From positions 407,024 through 471,023 of the forward strand of contig CAWCGQ010000001.1 of the NCBI GenBank assembly GCA_963795125.1: 64,000 bases of DNA. The letters run 5' to 3'. The notes under the pieces are model-generated. The model had not been told where the DNA came from. It made no database searches and saw only the letters and a list, made by a program, of their open reading frames with translations. Position 1 is the stretch's first letter; each line of letters starts with the position of its first letter. The DNA is from an uncultured Acidimicrobiia bacterium. GTDB lineage: Bacteria > Acidobacteriota > Vicinamibacteria > Vicinamibacterales > UBA2999. Made by a program: the position numbers and the translations under genes. Shown one piece after another: positions 58,967-64,000 of this stretch.

Positions 58967-60181
58967 ATGTCCAAGATTCGTTCCGCTCGTCGTGTGTCCT
59001 CGTTCGCCGATTCGGTATTCGGCGAGATGACGAGGCTGGCCAGGCTTCATCACGCCGTCAACCTCTCGCAGGGCTTTCCCGACTTCGAGGCGCCGCAGGC
59101 CATCAAGGACGCGGCCTGTGCCGCGATCCAGGCCGAGCAGAACCAATACGCGCCGCCTTACGGCACGCAGGCCTTTCGCGACACGATTGCCGCGGACTTC
59201 ACCCGCCGCCACGGTGTGCCGGTGATAGCCGATGAGCAGGTGACGGTGTGCTGCGGCTCCACCGAGGCGATGATGGCGGCAATGCTGGCATGCGTCGACC
59301 CCGGCGATGAGGTGATCGTCTTTGAACCGTTTTACGAGAACTACGGCCCCGACGCCATCATCGCCGGCGCCCAGCCCCGCTACGTGCGACTGCGCGAGCC
59401 GGACTGGAATTTCGATGCCGACGAGCTGGCCGGGGCGTTCACCAACCGCACGCGCGCCATCGTCATCAATTCTCCAAACAATCCCACCGGCAAGGTGTTC
59501 ACACGCGACGAGCTGCAGCTGATTGCCGATCTCTGCCAGCGCTGGGACGTGCTCGCCATCTCTGACGAGATCTACGAACGCATCGTCTATGCGGGCTACC
59601 GGCATGTGCCGATGGCGTCGATCCCCGGCATGGCCGAGCGCACCATCACCACCAACGGCTTGTCGAAAACCTACAGCGTAACCGGGTGGCGCATCGGCTG
59701 GGCGATCTCGCCGCCGTCGCTGACCGGCGGCATCCGCAAGATGCACGATTTTCTGACCGTGGCCGCCCCGACGCCATTTCACGCCGCCGGCGTGGCGGCG
59801 ATGTCCCTGCCCGAGCACTTCTACACGCAGCTCGCGGCCGACTATCAAGCCAAGCGCGATCTGATGGTCGATATCCTGGACCGGCACGGCTTTGCCAGCT
59901 ATCGGCCGGGCGGAGCGTATTACATCATGGCGGACGTCGGCCGCTTCGGGTTCGCATCCGACTCGGAGTTCGCGCATTATCTGGTGAAAGAGATTGGCGT
60001 GGCGACGGTGCCTGGCAGCAGCTTCTACATCGATCCCGCGGCGGCGCCGAAGACGGTGCGGTTTTGCTTCTCGAAGCGCGACGACACCTTGCGCGAAGCC
60101 GACCGCCGGCTCGCGAACCTGTCGGTCCGCCCTGGCCCGGAAGCCGCCGCCGAGGCCGCGGCGGACAAGTCGGGACGGTAG
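58967..60181 (+). CDS. class I/II PLP-dependent aminotransferase (YbdL/kynurenine-aminotransferase-like)
   Basis: ORF 58967..60181 (404 aa). NLSQGFPDF, NSPNNPTGKVF, NGLSKTYSVTGWRIGW. Confidence 0.85.
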   Translation: MSKIRSARRVSSFADSVFGEMTRLARLHHAVNLSQGFPDFEAPQAIKDAACAAIQAEQNQYAPPYGTQAFRDTIAADFTRRHGVPVIADEQVTVCCGSTEAMMAAMLACVDPGDEVIVFEPFYENYGPDAIIAGAQPRYVRLREPDWNFDADELAGAFTNRTRAIVINSPNNPTGKVFTRDELQLIADLCQRWDVLAISDEIYERIVYAGYRHVPMASIPGMAERTITTNGLSKTYSVTGWRIGWAISPPSLTGGIRKMHDFLTVAAPTPFHAAGVAAMSLPEHFYTQLAADYQAKRDLMVDILDRHGFASYRPGGAYYIMADVGRFGFASDSEFAHYLVKEIGVATVPGSSFYIDPAAAPKTVRFCFSKRDDTLREADRRLANLSVRPGPEAAAEAAADKSGR

Positions 60182-60182
60182 G

Positions 60183-61805
60183 TCATTTCAGGCGATAGAG
60201 CCTGATTCCCTCTTCGTCGGTCAGCAGCTCGAGCGCCGGGACGGTATCGACCGCCCCGAGTCGGGCCTCGCCATAGCGGCTCGCGAACGCACGCGTGTGC
60301 ACCGTGACATGCGTGACCCTCGCGGCGCGCAGTTCAGCGAGCGCGCCTTCATCGGGGAAAGTGCTGAGCGCGCGGCCGCGCGCCTCGAATGACGCCGGAT
60401 GGAAGCTGCTGTAGCCATTCAACAGCGGCTTGAAGTAGCGCGTGTTGGCGAGAACGTACGGCCCGTTGAGACTGACGCTCGCGCCCGAATAGAACGGGAA
60501 CTCGGCGAGCACGAGTTGGGACTGCGCGGCGAGACGATCGTAGAGGCGCGGGATGCCGTCGAAGCGGGTGAAGCCGACGGGCGTGCGCATGGCTTCGATG
60601 GTGGCCAGCGCGCCAATCAGGATCGGCAGCCATCGTCCCACCTTCGCCAAGGCTACGGCGGGCAAGCCCCTCTCGCCCAGGCGCTCGAGGGCGGCGACGC
60701 CGAATCCCGCGAGGATGGCGACGGCGGCCAGCGCCAGCCAGCCCCATCGCGCCACGTTGCGCAGTCCGCTCACCAGAGGCAGCGTCTGGTGGAGTACGGC
60801 GTATCCCGGCAGCGACGTGCCGAAGGACAACGCCACGCCGAGCACGCCGATGGCCAGGGCCATTCGCGCCCGTGGGTCGCGCACCGCCCGGCCAGTGGCG
60901 ATCGTCACGGCGGCGAGCAGCATCGCCACCACGCCAGGAAACAGCGCCGTCCGCCCCTCGTAAAAAAGATGGCTCCACCAGCCGTAATGCAGGCGGCCTC
61001 CGGTGACCAGGTAGTCGCGCCACCCGGCGCTGTAGCGGGTGACGACGGTGACGTCACGAGCCAGGCCCTGTGCCTGGTCGACCTGGTAATAGGGCCAGAG
61101 GAAGGGCGCCATCGCCACGACACTCGCCACCCCCGCGGCCGCCAGCAGCAGCCAGGCGGGCCTGCGCAGTTCCCGCCATCGCACCAGCACCGCCGCCGCC
61201 AGTGCATAGGTCGCGAACACCAGCAGGTAGTTGCTGCAGAGCGACTGCAGGACGAACGCCGCCGCGAGCAGGGCCGCGTGGCGTGGGCGCCGGTCGACGA
61301 TCACGCGATCGAGCGCGTACAGCATCAGCGGGAAGAACTCGACATGCTGGGCCTGCAGGTGCACGAATCGCGTCAGCACGTGCGCGTTGAAGGCGTACAG
61401 CAGGCCGGCAATCATTCCCGCCGCCACGCTGCCGGTCCAGCGCGCCATCAGCAGATACATCGCCCATCCGGACAGCGCCAGGCCCGCCATGATCAGCAGG
61501 TTGTAGACCAGCACCGGCGAGGCGCCGAGCCACAAGAGCGGCGCGCCCATCAGCGACGGCACCAGCATGTGCTCGGAGAAGGCCAGTGAGTGCGGTTCCG
61601 GATACAGGATCGGCGCTTCGAACAGGCTCAGGGGAGCGCGCGGCAGGATGTGCGCGACCCATGCCACGATCCAGGTGTTGAGCTCGGCGTCATGGTTGTC
61701 GAGCCTCGCGAGGTGGACCGGGTCGCTGGCGAGCGGCCACGAGTGCAGCACCGCCATCGCCAGGAAGAAGGCTAGCGCGGCCAGGTGACGATTTCGTAGA
61801 GCCAT
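60183..61805 (-). CDS. polytopic membrane protein, GT-C-like (putative glycosyltransferase) paralog B
   Basis: ORF 60183..61805 (540 aa). About 10+ TM segments, a first-loop acidic motif LDNHDAELNTW, and a C-terminal soluble domain. Clearly paralogous to the upstream gene. Confidence 0.6.
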   Translation of the reverse strand: MALRNRHLAALAFFLAMAVLHSWPLASDPVHLARLDNHDAELNTWIVAWVAHILPRAPLSLFEAPILYPEPHSLAFSEHMLVPSLMGAPLLWLGASPVLVYNLLIMAGLALSGWAMYLLMARWTGSVAAGMIAGLLYAFNAHVLTRFVHLQAQHVEFFPLMLYALDRVIVDRRPRHAALLAAAFVLQSLCSNYLLVFATYALAAAVLVRWRELRRPAWLLLAAAGVASVVAMAPFLWPYYQVDQAQGLARDVTVVTRYSAGWRDYLVTGGRLHYGWWSHLFYEGRTALFPGVVAMLLAAVTIATGRAVRDPRARMALAIGVLGVALSFGTSLPGYAVLHQTLPLVSGLRNVARWGWLALAAVAILAGFGVAALERLGERGLPAVALAKVGRWLPILIGALATIEAMRTPVGFTRFDGIPRLYDRLAAQSQLVLAEFPFYSGASVSLNGPYVLANTRYFKPLLNGYSSFHPASFEARGRALSTFPDEGALAELRAARVTHVTVHTRAFASRYGEARLGAVDTVPALELLTDEEGIRLYRLK

Positions 61806-63406
61806 ACATCGCCGCTCTTCTCGAGCGGCCGGAGGTAATCGGCGTAGTCGCCATCGAGACGGCGAACCATGCGGTCGCGCGCCTCGGCGTTCATCAGATC
61901 GAGATGGACGACCACGTAGCGCGCAGCCAGCGGCTCGAGAATCGCGAACGCCTCGCGGCTTGGAAATGTGTTCAGCGTCGGCGCGGCGTCACGAAAGTTC
62001 TGGGGAATGTGATCGCTGTAGCCGTTGACGAGCGGCTGCCAGTGCGCGGTCGAGGCCAGCATGTATTCCGCATGGCGATGATACTCGGGACTGGTCGCCC
62101 AGAATGGCAGCTCGATCGTCGGCGCGGTCGGAAGGTCGGCCAATACGCGGTAGGCCTGCGGCAGCGGCGGCGCCTCGCGCAGTCGCAGCGGCGCGCGATA
62201 AGTGTCGGCGACCGCCAGGACGAGCAGCACCAGGAACGCGGCGTTGACCGCCTTGCGCCGCATCAGCCCGGCAAGGGCCGGCGCGGCGAGCACCACCAGG
62301 CATAACGTCACGACAATTCCAGCCCGCGACGGCGCCCGCAGGAACGAGAACACCGGAATCGTGTAATAGAGCAGCGAGTACAGGCCGGCACTCGGTCCCA
62401 GCGTGAGCCAGAACGCGAACACCGCCAGTCCAACGTAGTAGATGGTTTCGTCGCGCCTGAGTCCCACGCCGTCCCGTTCGCGCACCAGGGTCGCGCCCCA
62501 GCAGCCGAGGACGATCGCCAGGATCCCGGGAAAGAGCACTTCGCTCGGGCTCGACAGATACGGCGCCCACCAGCGGTGGGCCCATGCCGATGAGATGAGC
62601 CACGCGCCAAGGTTGGCGGAATACTGACCGCTCAGCGATCGCTCGAAGCCGGTGGATTCCTGCATCTGCAGGTAGGGCAGGAAGAACGGCACGATGGTCC
62701 CGATGCACACCGCGGCGGCGACGCCAACCAGTCCCCAGTACTTGACATCCTTCCAGCGCTGCCGGGAGATCGCGAACCAGATGCTCGCGAAGGCCACCAT
62801 CCCGCCCGCGAAGATTCCGTAGTAGGCGCACGCCAGCCCGGTCACGCTCAGCACCAGGCCGAGTTCAATTGCGCGGGCGAGCGTCGTGCGGTCCATGAAG
62901 CGATGCCAGGCAAGCAGGGCCCAGGGCAGGAACCCGATCATCAACAGCTGCACGTGCGCCTGCCTCGCAAACGCGAACGGGCAGAACGCGAACAGGATCC
63001 CGGCGATGATCGCGGCGCGGCGATCCCCGGTGAGGCGGCGAATCAGGTAATACGTCGCGACGAACGACAACGCGAACGAACACAGGAACACGAAATTGTG
63101 GGTGGCGTACGGGTTCCTGGTCAGCAGCCACACCGGCGCGCCGATCACGCCTTCCACGATGTTGCCCTCCGAGAAGGCCAGCGCGTTGGGGTGGGGATAG
63201 AAGATGTTGGCGCCGAACAGCTGCGATGGCGCCGTGGTCAGCGCGTGCGCGACCCACGACACCACCCAGATGCTCCAGCGGCCGTCATTGGTATCCAGAC
63301 GCCCGGCGCTACCGAAGAGAGCGATGTAGGGCGGCGTGAAGGCACATGCGAGGAACACGGCGCCGAGCACGACGGCCGTGGCCTCAACGGATCCGCGGAA
63401 GCGCAT
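61772..63406 (-). CDS. polytopic membrane protein, GT-C-like (putative glycosyltransferase) paralog A
   Basis: ORF 61772..63406 (544 aa). LDTNDGRWSIWVVSWVAHAL...FGANIFYPHPNALAFSEGNIV aligns with LDNHDAELNTWIVAWVAHIL...FEAPILYPEPHSLAFSEHMLV of paralog B. 34-nt overlap with B. Confidence 0.6.
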   Translation of the reverse strand: MRFRGSVEATAVVLGAVFLACAFTPPYIALFGSAGRLDTNDGRWSIWVVSWVAHALTTAPSQLFGANIFYPHPNALAFSEGNIVEGVIGAPVWLLTRNPYATHNFVFLCSFALSFVATYYLIRRLTGDRRAAIIAGILFAFCPFAFARQAHVQLLMIGFLPWALLAWHRFMDRTTLARAIELGLVLSVTGLACAYYGIFAGGMVAFASIWFAISRQRWKDVKYWGLVGVAAAVCIGTIVPFFLPYLQMQESTGFERSLSGQYSANLGAWLISSAWAHRWWAPYLSSPSEVLFPGILAIVLGCWGATLVRERDGVGLRRDETIYYVGLAVFAFWLTLGPSAGLYSLLYYTIPVFSFLRAPSRAGIVVTLCLVVLAAPALAGLMRRKAVNAAFLVLLVLAVADTYRAPLRLREAPPLPQAYRVLADLPTAPTIELPFWATSPEYHRHAEYMLASTAHWQPLVNGYSDHIPQNFRDAAPTLNTFPSREAFAILEPLAARYVVVHLDLMNAEARDRMVRRLDGDYADYLRPLEKSGDVWLYEIVTWPR

Positions 63407-63458
63407 GTGTGACGCTAGAATAGCATCCTGACAAATCAGCTGCGGGCTGAATCATCCA

Positions 63459-64000
63459 GTGGATCGCCTACTTGAACTGACCTATCGGGCCGAGCAGTCG
63501 CACTTTTGGTTTCGGGGTTTTCGTCAATACATGAAACCGGCGCTGGCGCGCGCCACCGCCGGCGTGCCGCGCGCGCGTATTCTTGATTGCGGCTGCGGGA
63601 CCGGATCGAATCTCGACATGCTGCGGCCGTATGGCGAGGCCGTCGGCTTCGACCTGACGCGCATTGGCCCCGAATTCGCCAGGGCGCACGGCCACCGGGT
63701 CGCGCAGGCGAGCATCAGCGATATCCCGTTTGCCGGCGGCAGCTTCGACCTGGTGACGTCGTTCGACGTGTTTCAGACGCTGCCCGATGCGGTCGAGCGC
63801 GCGGCCATCGTCGAGATCGCGCGCGTGCTGAAACCGCGCGGCTACGTGCTGCTGCATGTGGCCGCGCTCGAGATCCTTCACGGCAGGCACTCGGTGTTGT
63901 CGGAAGAGACGCGCCGCTATACGCCGGCGTCCCTGCGATCGCTGGTCGAAGGCGCCGGCCTGACGATCGAGCGGCTGACTTTCGACCACCTGAGCCTGCT
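63459..64000 (+). CDS. class I SAM-dependent methyltransferase, truncated by the right edge
   Basis: My translation from GTG 63459: VDRLLELTYRAEQSHFWFRGFRQYMKPALARATAGVPRARILDCGCGTGSNLDML...SFDLVTSFDVFQTLPD...LKPRGYVLLHV. Motif I is LDCGCGTG. It is absent from the ORF track because it is open-ended. Confidence 0.8.
   Translation, partial: MDRLLELTYRAEQSHFWFRGFRQYMKPALARATAGVPRARILDCGCGTGSNLDMLRPYGEAVGFDLTRIGPEFARAHGHRVAQASISDIPFAGGSFDLVTSFDVFQTLPDAVERAAIVEIARVLKPRGYVLLHVAALEILHGRHSVLSEETRRYTPASLRSLVEGAGLTIERLTFDHLSL

Noticed and set aside
63468-63989. 173-aa minus-strand ORF at the right edge
   Set aside because: The plus strand here encodes an obvious SAM methyltransferase (LDCGCGTGSN). 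The minus-strand ORF is its shadow.
1-64000. Interpretation of the many split genes as genuine pseudogenes or a degrading genome region, or as programmed frameshifting
   Set aside because: The breaks are almost uniformly +1. Several extend short homopolymers. Conserved segments carry no internal stops or deletions. The breaks cluster irrespective of gene function. An artefact is more parsimonious, but this needs read-level confirmation.

Overview
Very GC-rich bacterial chromosomal segment; third codon positions are almost all G/C. I recognised no rRNA, tRNA, CRISPR array, transposase or integrase.

**Left 11 kb (minus strand, mostly stop/start-overlapped):**
- a family-5 peptide/nickel-type ABC importer (binding protein plus two permeases, no ATPase)
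- hypF-hypC-hypD-hypE
- a Tat-less [NiFe]-hydrogenase small subunit
- five tandem paralogous single-pass membrane-protein genes
- the hydrogenase large subunit, which runs off the left edge

**Rest of the window, in order:**
- a CusCBA-like heavy-metal RND efflux operon
- a cobalamin-binding-domain protein paired with an ABM-PAS histidine kinase
- yihY
- one uninterrupted 2280-codon ORF that fuses a TamB/AsmA-like protein to a POTRA + Omp85 barrel
- an exported MsrB-MsrA-DUF305 operon
- a copper island: OmpR-type regulator and kinase, a YHS protein, a P1B ATPase, and a multicopper oxidase with CopB
- lgt, PBP1A, a cytosolic kinase, and a small lower-GC islet
- a large secreted repeat protein abutting a HAD phosphatase
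- a GAF-GGDEF-REC-GAF-GGDEF protein and gcdH
- a TonB-dependent receptor with an AT-rich palindrome upstream
- an Slt-type lytic transglycosylase and an aminotransferase
- two tandem GT-C-like membrane paralogs and a truncated SAM methyltransferase

**Data caveat.** At least about 37 frame breaks interrupt otherwise conserved genes. Nearly all behave as single extra bases, and several sit in short homopolymers. They look like assembly or sequencing indels rather than decay, so many coordinates span frameshifts.

**Most interesting:** the hydrogenase-embedded membrane-protein quintet, the TamB-Omp85 single-polypeptide fusion, and the B12-domain/ABM-kinase pair.
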